Below are positions 1 through 11,412 of a stretch of DNA of 44,300 bases, piece after piece (the first letter of the stretch is position 1; every line of letters begins with the position of its first letter). The DNA is from Squalus acanthias. Its lineage: Eukaryota. Below the pieces are notes generated by a model, which ran no database searches, was not told the DNA's origin, and saw only the letters and a program-made list of their open reading frames with translations. The stretch lies in assembly GCA_030390025.1 (NCBI GenBank), contig JASTWF010000327.1, positions 496,001 to 540,300 on the forward strand. Direction: 5' to 3'. The position numbers and the translations under genes are program-made.

Positions 1-253
1 CTTGCTGTTTCTTAGCTCCACCCAAACTGATTCTAATTCTTGATTTTTGGAGCTAAGATCCTTTCTCTCTCCTGTCTTTATCCCATCCTTTATTATCATG
101 GCTTCCCCTCCTCCTTTTCCATTTTGCCTATTTCTTCTAAAAGTTAAGTATCCTGAAATATTTAGTTCCCAACTTTGCAACCACGTTTCCGTAATTGCTA
201 TTAGATCAAACCTATTAATTTCTACCTCCGCTATTAATTCATCTGCTTTGTTG

Positions 254-1066
254 CATAGAATCATAGAAGATAGGAGTAGGAGTAGGCCATTCGGCCCCTC
301 GAGCCTGCTCCGCCATTTAATGAGATCATGGCTGATCATCCAAATTCAGTACCCTGTCCCTGCTTTCTCCCCATATCCCTTGATCCCTTTAGCCTTAAGA
401 AATATACCTAACTCCTTCTTGAATATATTTAATGAATTGGCCTCTACTGCCTTCTGTGGTAGAGAATTTCACAGGTTCACCACTCTCTGGGTGAAGAAAT
501 TCCTCCTCATCTCAGTCCTAAATGGCTTACCCCTTATCCTTAGACTGTGACCCCTGGTTCTGGACTCCCCGCCATCGGGAACATCCTTCCTGCATCTAGT
601 CTGTCTAGTCCTGTTAGAATTTTATAAGTTTCAATGAGATCTCCTCTCATTCTTCGAAACGCTAGCGAATATAAGCCTAATCGACCCAATCTCTCTTCAT
701 ACGTCATTCCTGCCATCCCAGGTATCAGTCTGGTAAATCTTCGCTGCACTCCCTCCATGGCAAGAACATCCTTCCTCAGATAAGGCGACCAAAACTGCAC
801 ACAATACTCAAGGTGTGGTCTCACCAAGGCCCTGTACAACTGCAGCAAGACATCCTTGCTCCTGTACTCGAATCCTCTCGCTATGAAGGCCAACATACCA
901 TTTGCCTTCTTAACCGCCTGCTGCACCTGCATGTTTACCTTCAGCGACTGGTGCACAAGGACTCCCAGATCTCGTTGCACTTCCCCTTTTCCCAATCTAT
1001 TGCCGTTCAGATAATAATCTGTCTTCCTGTTTTTGCCACCAAAGTGGATAACCTCGCATTTATCCA
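254..1066 (-). mobile_element. 5'-truncated CR1 LINE (RT C-terminus, 3' UTR and tail)
   Basis: ORF 540..1073 has the CR1 RT C-terminal motifs KCEVIHFG, LYRALVRPHLEYCVQFWSP and RRMRGDLIETYKI. The tail reads catagaatcatagaag at 254. Confidence 0.93.
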
Positions 1067-1226
1067 CGCGCATTCAGATAGAGTGCCTTTAGCTTTGATT
1101 TTTTTCTATTTTTCCCTGATGTCACCTTAGTCACTGATGCTGTATTACCTTTGTTACTCACTATGTCCCTTCCTGACCCACTCTGTTTATTTTTACCCAA
1201 AACTCTGCTCTGCGCTAGAGCCTTGT

Positions 1227-2265
1227 CATAAGAACATAAGAACATAAGAAATAGGAGCAGGAGTCGGCCAATTTGCCCCTCGAGCCTGCTCCGCCATTCA
1301 ATAAGATCATGGCTGATCTGATCCTAACCGCCAATCTACTATCACAGAACCATCTCCTGAACCTAACAGAATTGGACACACGAAATAGGAGCAGGATCAG
1401 GCTACACGGCCCCTGGGCCCGCTACGTTACCCACAGGGCCATGACCGATCCGAACTTAGACTCATGTCCAAATTCCTGCCCGCTCCCCGTAACCCTTAAT
1501 TCCCTTTACTCCTAGGAAACTGTCTATTTCTGTTTTAAATTTATGTAATGATGTAGCTTCTACAGCTTTTTGGGGCAGCATATTCCATGGACCTACCACC
1601 CTCTGAGTGAAAAAGTTCCTTATTCTAAGACTATGCCCCCTAGTTCTAGTTTCACCCATCATCGGGAACATCCTCCCCGCATGCACCCGATCCAACCCCT
1701 TCACAATCTTATATGTTTCAATAAGATCGCCTCTCATTCTTCTGAACTCCAATGAGTAGAGTCCCAATCTACCCAACCTCTCCTCATATGTCCATCCCCT
1801 CATCCCCGGGATTAACCGAGTGAACCTTTTTTGCACTGCCTCGAGAGCAAGGATGTCTTTTCTTAAGTATGGACACCAAAACTGTATGCAGTATTCCAGG
1901 TGCGGTCTCACCAATACCTTGTACAACTCAAGCAATACCTCCCTATTTTTATATTCTATCCCCTTAGCAATGAAAGCCAACATTCCATTGGCCTTCTTAA
2001 TCACTTGCTGCACCTGCATACTAACCTTTTGAGTTTCGTGCACCAGGACCCCCAGATCCCTTTGTACTTCAGTACTTTCTAGTTTCTTGCCATTTAGATA
2101 ATAACTTGCTCTACTATTTTTCCTGCCAAAGTGCATAACCTCACACTTTCCAGTATTGTATTCCATCTGCCAAATCTCTGCCCACTTACTTAGCCTGTCT
2201 AAGTCCCCTTGCAGATTTTTTATGTCCTCCTCACTCATTACTTTCCCTCCCATCTTAGTATCATC
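1227..2265 (-). mobile_element. 5'-truncated CR1 LINE (composite, with two adjacent 3' ends)
   Basis: ORF 1462..2337 has DDTKMGG, KCEVMHFG and LEYCIQFW. A (cataagaa)n tail sits at 1227 and a second 3'-UTR-like segment at ~1380-1470. tgtcat flanks both sides. Confidence 0.9.
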
Positions 2266-2317
2266 TGTCATTTCTGTCGCTGCTTTTAAATTTACTCTTT
2301 CCTGAATCTGCCCCCCC

Positions 2318-4345
2318 TGACCTGCTCTTGTTGCCACAGTATTTATATGGCGGGTCTAGTTAAGTTTCTGGTCAATGGTGACGCCCCGGATGTTTATGGT
2401 GAGGGATTCGGCGATGGTAATGCCGTTTAATAGTAAGGGGCGGTGGTTAGACTGTCGCTTCTTGGCGTTAGTTATTGCGTGGCACTTGTTGTGGTGCGAA
2501 TGTTACCTGCCACTTATCAGCCTAAGATTGAATGTCGTCCAGGTCGAGCTGCATACGGGCATGGACTGCTTCACTATCTGAGGAGTTGCGAATGGAACTG
2601 AACATTGTGCAATCATCAGCGAACATCCCCTCTTCTGACCTTATGATGGAGCGAAGGTCATTGATGAAGCAGCTGAAGATGGCTGGGCCTAGGACACTGC
2701 CCTGAGGAACTCCTGCAGCGATGTCCTGGGGCTGAGGTGATTGACTTCCAACAACCACAAACATCTTCCTTTGTGCTAGGTATGACTCCAGCCAGTGGAG
2801 AGATTACCCCCGATTCCAATTGACTCCAATTTTACTGGGGCTCCTTCATGCCACACTCGGTCAAATGCTGCCTTGATGTCAAGTACATTCTCACCTCACC
2901 TCTGGAATTCAGCTCTTATCGGCACTTCTGGCTGAAGATTTTTGCAAACGCTTCAGCCTTGTCTTTTGCACTCGTGTGCTGGGCTTTGCCATCATTGAGG
3001 ATGGGGATAATCACGGAGCCTCCCCCTCCCGTTAGCTGTTTAATTGTCCTCCACCATTCATGACTGGATGTGGCAGGACTGAAGAGCATTGATCTGATCC
3101 GTTGATTGTGGGATCGCTTAACTCTGTCCATAGAATGCTGCTTCCGCTTTTTAGCATGCATGTAGTCCTGTGTTGCAGCTTCCCCAGGTTGGCACCTCAT
3201 TTGTAGGTACGCGTGGTGCTGCTCCTGGCATGCTCTTCTACACTCCTCGTTGAACCAGGGTTGGTCTCCTGGCTTGATGGCAATGGTAGAGTGAGGGATA
3301 TGCCAGGCCATGAGGTTACAGATTGTGGTGGAATATAATTCTGCTGCTGCTGATGGCCCACTGCGCCTCATGGATGCCCAGTTTTGAGCTGCTAGATCTG
3401 TTCTGAATCTATCCCATTTAGCACAGTGGTAGTGCCACACAACTCGATGGAGGGTGTCCTCAGTGTGAAGACAGGATTCGTCTCCACAAGGGCTGTGCGC
3501 TGGTCACTGCTACCAATGCTGTCATGGACAGATGCATCTATGACAAGTAGATTGGTGAGGACGAGGTCAAGTAGGGTTTTCCCTCGTGTTGGTTCTCTCA
3601 CCACCTGCCGCAGGCCCAGTCTGGCAGGTATGTCCTTCAGGACTCGGCCAGCTCGGTCAGTAGTGGTGCTACTGAGGCAGTCTTGGTGCTGGACATTGAA
3701 GTCCCCCATTCTGTGCCCTTGCTACTCTCAGTGCTTCTTCCAAATGGTGTTCAACATGGAGGAGTACTGATTCATCAGCTGAGGGAGGGCGGTAGGTGGT
3801 AATCAGCAGGAGGTTTCCTTGCCCATGCTTGACCTGAAGCCATGAGACTTCATGGGGTCCGGAGTCAATGTTGAGGACTCCCAGGGCCACTCCTTCCCGA
3901 CTGTATACCACTGTGCCACCACCCCTGGTGGGTCTGTCCTGCCGGTGGGACAGGACATACCCAGGGATGGTGATGCAGGAGTCTGGGACATTGGCTGAAA
4001 GGTATGATTCTGTGAGTATGACGATGTCAGGCTGTTGCTTGACTAGTCTGTGGGACAGCTCTCCCAAATTTGGCACAAGTCCCCAGATATTAGTGAGGAG
4101 GACTTTGCAGGGTCGACTGGGCTGGGTGTGCCGAAGCCGGTGCCTAGGTCGATGCCGGGTGGGCCGTCCGGTTTTATTCTTATTGCTATTTGTAGCGGTT
4201 TGTTACAACTGAGTGGCTTGCTGGGCCATTTCAGAGATTGATTTAATGAATGGAATTTAAATTCCCCAGCTGCCGTGGTGGGATTTGAACTCACGTCTCT
4301 GGATCATTAGTCCAGGTCCCTGGATTACTGACCCAGTAACAGAGC
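2318..4345 (-). mobile_element. Degenerate APE-RT LINE of a second family (CR1/L2 group), with a tRNA-like 5' head
   Basis: Frameshifted ORFs encode APE motifs (PDIVILTESYL, RQDRPTRGGG, MGDFNV, LDLVLTN, SD) and RT motifs (GVPQGSVLGP, FADD). The sequence is homologous to 36756-38073. Confidence 0.88.
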
Positions 4346-4642
4346 CACGATGCGACCGTTCCAGATGCAGCTGTTCCTCCTCCACCACCATTCCAGGTGG
4401 TTTGTGGGTTTTACAGTTGCCTTTACCTTCTTCATTGCCACTTTCTTCCAAAATAACTTCCCACCTTCCCAAGAAAAGCTCCTCCGAATTTAAAGCAGTG
4501 TAATTTTGGTCCTTCCTCCCTTCATTCACCTTGGCCCTCTTGTGGTTTGATCTGAGAAACTCCTCTGGGTGAGCGTCACTGGGTCAGTGCAAGTTGCTGT
4601 CTGTGGAATTCTGAATCATGTTTAAAAGGAAACTCTGGCGCC

Positions 4643-4676
4643 TGCAGTAGCTGTTTATCACCAGCAGGTGGCGACA
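4643..4676 (+). promoter_or_regulatory. CTCF-binding motif (core plus upstream module)
   Basis: CCAGCAGGTGGCG at 4661-4673 matches the CTCF core consensus CCASYAGRKGGCR. A TGCAGTAGC upstream-module-like sequence lies at 4643-4651. The site is in non-repetitive DNA. Confidence 0.65.
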
Positions 4677-4864
4677 GTGATCTGATTGAACGATGAATCT
4701 CGCAGAGGCCGATGTTGCTGAGCACAGACGTCTGCACTGTCAGAACAAGTCAAATCATTGTCATCAATTCATCATTAATAATACTCAGATTACTGCTCAG
4801 TCCAATTTCAAGAGACCAAATGCATCCTCAGAAATACTCTGAAGGAGCAATAAAGATTGACTTT

Positions 4865-5052
4865 ATTTCAATCCAGACTTTAGGAGGATGTCACTTTCTT
4901 GGAGATGGTGCAGAACAGATTTACTGGAATTGTATCCGGGATGTGGGATTTCAGTTATGCGGAGACTGGAGAAGCTGGGATTGTTCGACTTAGAGCAGAG
5001 AAGGTTAAAGGGTGATTTAATAGAGGTGATCAAAATTATGAAAGGTTGTGAT
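4865..5052 (+). mobile_element. Old CR1 RT 3' fragment
   Basis: Translates to RLEKLGLFDLEQRRLKGDLIEVIKIMKG. Confidence 0.8.
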
Positions 5053-6598
5053 AGAATCACAGAGGTTTACAGCACAGAAGGAGGCCATTCGGCCCATTGT
5101 GTCTGCGCCGGTGGAAAAAGAGCTCTCCAGCCTAATCCCACATTCCAGCCTGATCCCACATTCCAGCCTGATCCCACATTCCAGCCTGATCCCACATTCC
5201 AGCCTCATCCCACATTCCAGCCTCATCCCACATTCCAGCCTCATCCCACATTCCAGCCTCATCTCACATTCCAGCCTCATCTCACATTCCAGCCTGATCC
5301 CACATTCCAGCCTAATCCCACATTCCGGCTCTTGGTCCGTAGCCCTGTAGGTTACGGCACTTCAAGTGCTTATCCAAGTACTTTTTTAAAGCGATGAGGG
5401 TTTCTGCCTCTATGAACCTTTCAGGCAGTGAGTTTCAGACCCCCCACCACCCTCTGGGTGAAAGAAATTCTCCTCATCTCTCCATTAATCCTTCTACCAA
5501 TTACTTTAAATCTATGCCCCCTGGTTATTGACCCCTCTGCTAAGGGAAATAGGTCCTTACTATCCACTCAATCGCAGCCCCTCATAATTTTATACTCCTC
5601 AATCAAGTCTCCCCTCAGCAAGCTCTGTTCCAAAGAAAACAACCTCAGCCTAGCCAATCTTTTCCCCATAGCTAAAATCCTCCAGTCCTAGCAACATACT
5701 CGTAAATCTCCTCTGTACCCTCTCTAGTGCAATCACATCTTTCCTGTAATGTGGTGACCAGAACTGCACGCAGTATTCTAGCTGTGGCCTAACTAGTGTT
5801 TTATACAGTTCAAGCATAACCTCCCTGCTCTTATATTCTATGCCTCAGCTGATAGAGGAAAGTATCCCGTATGCCTTATTAACCATCTTATCTACCTGTC
5901 CTGCTACCTTCAGGGATCTGTGGACATGTACTGCAATGTCCCTCTGTTCCTCTACATTCTCGGTATCCTACTATTAATTGTGTATTCCCTTCTCTTGTTA
6001 GCCCGCCCAAATGCATTACCTCACACTTCTCCGGATTGAATTTCATTTGCCACTTTTCTGCCCACTTGACCAGGCCATTGATATCTTCCTTCTTTCTCAC
6101 TAACATCCACATGGCCAATTTTTGTATCATCTGCAAATTTTTAAGCTTGCCCCATACAGTGAAGTCTAAATCATTGATATATACCACAAACAGCAAGGGA
6201 CCCAGTACTGAGCCCTGTGGAACCCCACTGGAAACAGCCTTCCAGTCACACAAGAACCCGTCGACCATTACCCTTTGCTTCCTGCCACTGAGCCAATTTT
6301 GGATCCAACTTGCCACTTTCTCTTGGACCCCATTGGCTAAAGTTTTTCTGACCAGTCTGCCATGTGGGACCTTGTCAAACGCCTTGCTAAAATCCATGCA
6401 GACTACATCAAATGTATTACCCTCGTCGACCCTCCTTGTTACCTCCTCAAAAAAATTCAATGAAGTTAGTCAGACACGACCTTCCATTAACAAATCCATG
6501 CTGACTGTTCTTGATTAATCGTAACTTTCTAAATGATGATTAATTCTGTCCCTCAGAATTTTTTCCAATAATTTTCCCACCACTGAAGTGACTGGCAT
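5051..6598 (-). mobile_element. 5'-truncated, frameshifted CR1 LINE
   Basis: ORF 5888..6460 has DFSKAFDKVPH and GVPQGSVLGPLLFVVYINDL. The 3' UTR and tail lie at ~5051-5400. Confidence 0.9.
5126..5324 (+). repeat. 18-bp minisatellite (TCCAGCCTGATCCCACAT) x11 inside a CR1 3' UTR
   Basis: Direct tandem units are visible, and the ORF track shows 11 QPxPTF/QPHLTF hexapeptides. Confidence 0.95.
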
Positions 6599-6614
6599 AT
6601 AACTACAATACCAG

Positions 6615-7205
6615 ATCATTTCTCTGTTTATATTACATTATATCCTGTCTCGGTAATAGTGACTAGACACAGTCTCTTTCTACATTACACTAGAACCTAT
6701 CTCAGTTATTACAGTCCTAGACCGTGCCTGTTTGTATTACACCATACCATGGCTCTTTAATTCCTGCTTTAAAGCATGTCTCTGTTTATATTACATTAGA
6801 CCGCATCACTCTTCATTACACTAGGTCCAGTCTCGCTGATTACGGTACAAGAATCTGTCTCTGTTTATATTACACTAGACCCCGTCTCTGTTTATATTAC
6901 ACTAGACCCTGTCTCTGTTTATATTACACTCGGCCCTGTCTCTGTTTATATTACACTAGGCCCTGTCTCTGTTTATATTGCACTCGGCCCTGTCTCTGTT
7001 TATATTACACTAGACCCTGTCTCTGTTTATATTACACTAGACCCTGTCTCTGTTTATATTAAATTAGACCCTGTCTCTGTTTATACTACACTAGACCCTG
7101 TCTCTGTTTATATTACACTAGGCCCTGTCTCTGTTTATATTACACTAGACCCTGTCTCTCTTTATATTACACTAGACCCTGTCTCTCTTTATATCACACT
7201 AGAGC
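6615..7205 (-). repeat. 27-bp satellite, inverted relative to the other arrays (GACCCTGTCTCTGTTTATATTACACTA on +)
   Basis: Tandem 27-mers, degenerate at 6615-6850 and regular at 6855-7205. Confidence 0.95.
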
Positions 7206-7704
7206 ATGCGTCTGTTCGATAGACAGTCAGATGATAGATAGCGGAATAGATAGATATTGATATAAGTAAAGATATATATTTGCGTGGGTGGAAGGAAGAA
7301 ATGATTTTTTACTGAGAAGCACGTTTAGTCTTGTGAATGTCTATCAGAAGTTGCGTGTAATTTCTAATTGATCGGGTATTTTGTCGGTAATATTTGTGTT
7401 GAAAGGTCGGGGTGAATCTTGGAACAATCTCCCAGAGATGAACTGGGATTGAGGGACAGAACTAAAGGTGAGCAATAGTGCTCTGAACTTTGCACCACTT
7501 AGTGGCAAACTCTGTGTGTTAAAGTTTACTAATTCACACTGGTGTTGTCCTGTGCCGATTGCTCACAGTTTTTAATGTTAAGGATTGTTTTCCTGCAGTA
7601 TTTTCTATTGAGCTTCCACTGATTGTGTGACAGAGCCTGGAACCGTGACCTCACAGCACCGCCGGCTGGGCGGCCGCAGGGTCCTAATGTCCACCTGGTT
7701 ATTG

Positions 7705-10254
7705 CATAGAAACATAGAAGATAGGAGCAGGAGTAGGCCATTCGGCCCCTCGAGCCTGCTCCACCATTTAATGAGATCATGGCTGATCATCCAAATTCAG
7801 TACCCTGTCCCTGCTTTCTCCCCATATCCCTTGGTCCCTTTAGCCTTAAGAAATATATCTATCTCCTTCTTGAATATATTTAATGAATTGGCCTCAACTG
7901 CCTTCTGTGGTAGAGAATTCCACAGGTTCACCACTCTCTGGGTGAAGAAATTCCTCCTCATCTCAGTTCTAAATGGCTTACCCCTTATCCTTAGACTATG
8001 ACCTCTGGTTCTGGACTACCGGCCATCGGAAACATCCTCCCTGCATCGAGTCTGTCCAGTCCTGTTAGAATTTTATAAGTTTCAATGAGATCCCCTCTCA
8101 TTCTTCGAAACTCGAGCGAATATAACCCTAATCGACCCAGTCTCTCTTCATACGTCATTCCTGCCATCCCAGGTATCAGTCTGGTAAATCTTCGCTGCAC
8201 TCCCTCCATGGCAAGAACATCCTTCCTCAGATAAGGCGACCAAAACTGCACACAATACTCAAGGTGTGGTCTCACCAAGGCCCTGTACAACTGCAGCAAG
8301 ACATCCTTGCTCCTGTACTCAAACCCTCTCGCTATGAAGGCCAACATACCATTTGCCTTCTTAACCGCCTGCTGCACCTGCATGCTTACCTTCAGTGACT
8401 GGTGCACAAGGATTCGCAGGTCTCGTTGCACTTCCCCTTTTCCCAATCTATTGCCGTTCAGATAATAATCTGCCTTCCTGTTTTTGCCACCAAAGTAGAT
8501 AACCTCGCATTTATCCACGTTATATTGCATCTGCCCTGCATCTGCCCAATCACCCAACTTGTTCAAATCATACTGGAGTTTCTCTGCATCCTCCTCACAG
8601 CACACACGCCCACCCAGCTTTGTGTTGTCTGCAAACTTGGAGATATTACATCTAGTTCCCTCGTCTAGATCATTAATATATATTGTGAATAGCTGGGGTC
8701 CTAGCACCGATCCCTGCGGTACCCCACTAGTCACTGCCTGCCACTCGGAAAAAGACCTGTTTATTCCAACTCTTTGCTTCCTGTCTGCCAGCCAGTTCTC
8801 GGTCCAAGTCAGTACCTTACCCCCAATCCCATGTGCTTTAAATTTGCACGCTGATCTCTTATGCGGGACCTTATCGAAAGCCTTCTGAATGTCCAAATAC
8901 ACCACATCCACTGGTGCTCCCTTATCTATTCTACCAGTTACATCCTCAAAAAATTCCAGTAGATTAGTCAAGCATGATTTACCTTTTGTAAATCCATGTT
9001 GACTTTGTCCGATCCTGTCACTGTTTTCCAAGTGCTCTGCTATTACATCTTTTATAATGGACTCTAGCATTTTCCCCACTACCGATGTCAGACTTACTGG
9101 TCTATAATTCCCCGTTTTCTCTCTACCACCTTTTTTAAATAGTGGGGTTACATTAGCTACCCTCCAATCCATGGGAACTGTTCCAGAGTCTATAGAATTT
9201 TGGAAGATGACCAGCAATGCATCTACTATTTCTAGGGCCACTTCCTTAAGTACCCTAGGATGTAGATTATCAGGCCCTGGGGATTTATCGGCCTTCAATC
9301 CTGTCAATTTCCATAACACCATTTCCCTACAAATACTGATTTCATTCAGTTCTTCCCTCTCATTAGACCCTATCTTCCCCGACATCTCTGGGAGGTTATT
9401 TGTGTCCTCCTTTGTGAAGACAGAACCAAAGTATGTATTTAATTGGTCAGCCATTTCTTTGTTCCCCATTATAAATTCCCCTGATTCTGACTGCAAGGGA
9501 CCTACGCTTGACTTCACCAATCTTTTTCTCTTCACATATCTTCAGAAGCTTTTACAGTCAGTTTTTAAGTTCCCTGCAAGCTTACTCTCATATTCTATTT
9601 TCCCCCTCTTAATTAATCCCTCCTTTGCTGAATCCTAAATTGCTCCCAATCCTCAGGTTTGCTGCTTTTTCTGGCCAATTTATATGTCCTCTCCTTGGAT
9701 CTTATGCTATCCCTAATTTCCCTTGTTAGCCACGGTTGAGTCACTTTTTTTGTTTTATTTTTATGCCAAACAGGGATGAACAAATTCTGTAGTTCATCCC
9801 TGCGATCTTTAAATGTTTGCCATTGCCTATCCACCGTCAACCCTTTAAGTAACGTTCCCCAATCCATCCTAGCCAATTCGCGCCTCATACCATCATAGTT
9901 TCCTTTATTTAAATTCAGGACCCTAGTCTCTGATTCAACTACTTCACTCTCCATCTTAATGAAGAATTCTATCATATTATGATCGCTCCTCCCCAAGGGG
10001 CCTCGCACAACAAGATTGCTAATTAATCCTTTCTCATTACATAATACCCAGTCTAAGATGGCCTGATCTCTAGTTGGTTCCTCGACATATTGGTCCAGGA
10101 AACCATCCCGTATACACTCTAGGAATTCCTCCTCCACAGTATTGTTACTAATTTGGTTAGCCCAATCTATATGTAGATTAAAGTCACCCATGATAACTGC
10201 TGTGCCCTTATTGCACGCGTCTCTAATTTCCCGTTTAGTGCCATCCCGAACCTC
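7705..10254 (-). mobile_element. 5'-truncated CR1 LINE (part of APE, RT, 3' UTR), with frameshifts
   Basis: ORFs 7991..9535 (RT: NYRPVSLTS, QHGFTKGKSC, KAFDKV, FADN) and 9613..10479 (IMGDFN, LDWVL, SDHN). Tail catagaaacatagaag. gcata occurs at both junctions. Confidence 0.95.
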
Positions 10255-10399
10255 AGCATAAAAAAATATGTCCTTATATAAAATGAAAGGGAGCAAACTA
10301 CCAGCTCCCGGCTTCAGAGAGCAGAGGGAGCTCAGTGACTGATCCACAGACACCGCCAGTCCTGTCCGGGAATGGAGACTCTGAACACAAACAACAGGC

Positions 10400-10705
10400 T
10401 CATTTGTAAATGTCACCACAATGTGTGGCTCTGCACCGACTCTGTGCCAGATATAGGCCGCCTTGTCAGATGTTTCCACCAGATTGTGGCTGCTGGATTT
10501 ATTTTCTGCTCAGAAGTGAGATGTGCGGTTTGAACCGGCAGCAGAGAAACAGGAAGTTGTGTTGCCTGAGAATGAAATCAGGCGTCAGTTTGATGTTATC
10601 ACCATGAACAGGCTTCCTGTCTGTGAGGGCGGCCTCACCCTGACAGCACCAAGAACCACAACACAGGTGGCTTCTCATCTCAACATTGTATTCACCTGCA
10701 TTCTC
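10400..10705. promoter_or_regulatory. Candidate enhancer: cluster of RUNX, ETS and E-box motifs
   Basis: RUNX-type ACCACA 10415, TGCGGTT 10524 and AACCACA 10654. ETS CAGGAAGT 10550 and CTTCCTGT 10613. E-boxes CAGATG 10467, CAGGTG 10664 and CACCTG 10693. CGTCA half-CRE 10583. Confidence 0.4.
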
Positions 10706-10948
10706 ATTTTAAAGATTGAAACACACGAGCTTATTGGGGTTTCACACATTCACTAAAGAGGGAGATGGGCAGAGGGTTTATCACTGGGAGAAACGAAGGG
10801 AAGTTATAAAAATGAATTTCCCCAAAGAGGGTTATTAGAAATTAGAAGGCTTTCAGTGAGTTCGATGTTGTCTGAGAGAGAGAGGGGAACGAGTTTAAAT
10901 GTGCGAGGTGCTGTCTGAGAGAGAGGAGAGAGAGGTTAAGTGAGTTAG

Positions 10949-11411
10949 GCCCATCTCCCCTGTGCTCGCTGACCTACATTGGCTCCTGGTTAAGCAGCTC
11001 CTCGATTTTCATAATTCTCATCCTTGTTTTCAAATCCCTCCATGGCCTCGCCCCTCCCTATCTCTGTAATCTCCTTCAGCCCCACAACCCCCGGAGATAT
11101 CTACGCTCCTCTAATTCTGCCCTCCTGAGGATCCCTGATTATAATCGCTCAACCTTTGGTGGCCGTGCCTTCTGTTGGCGAGGCCCTAAGCTCTGGAATT
11201 CCCTGCCTGAACCTTTCCGTCTCGTGACCTCTCTTTCCTCCTTTAAGACGCTCCTTAAAACCGACCTCTTTGACCAAGCTTTTGGTCAGTTGCCCTAATT
11301 TATCCTTATGTGGCTCGGTGTCAAATTTATTGTCTTACAATACTCCTGTGCAGCGCCTTGGGACGTTTTACTATGTTAAAGGCGCTATATAAATACAAGT
11401 TGCTGTTGTTT
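10949..11411 (+). mobile_element. L2-clade LINE 3' fragment
   Basis: Translates, with a frameshift, to PVLADLHWL...ILILVFKSLHGLAPPYLCNLLQP, a typical L2 RT C-terminus. The tail is ggcgctatataaatacaagttgctgttgtt. Confidence 0.88.
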
Positions 11412-11412
11412 T

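Larger units (their letters stand above)
1..2317 (-). mobile_element. Host CR1 LINE fragment (ORF1/ORF2 junction and APE N-terminus), split by two younger CR1 insertions; host pieces at 1-253, 1066-1226 and ~2266-2317
   Basis: The 1060..1245 ORF ends ...KSKLKALYLNAR, the CR1 ORF2 APE start motif (compare SLRVLYLNARSIRNK at 18519..18767). Bases 1-250 match the APE region of the 15.8-19.8 kb CR1. Confidence 0.8.

Noticed and set aside
7441..7473. J-segment-like reading W-D-*-G-T-E-L-K-V
   Set aside because: There is an in-frame TGA in both copies and no heptamer/nonamer RSS upstream.
47..9638. Many plus-strand ORFs overlapping the CR1 copies
   Set aside because: They are antisense shadow frames of LINE ORF2 and the 3' UTR.
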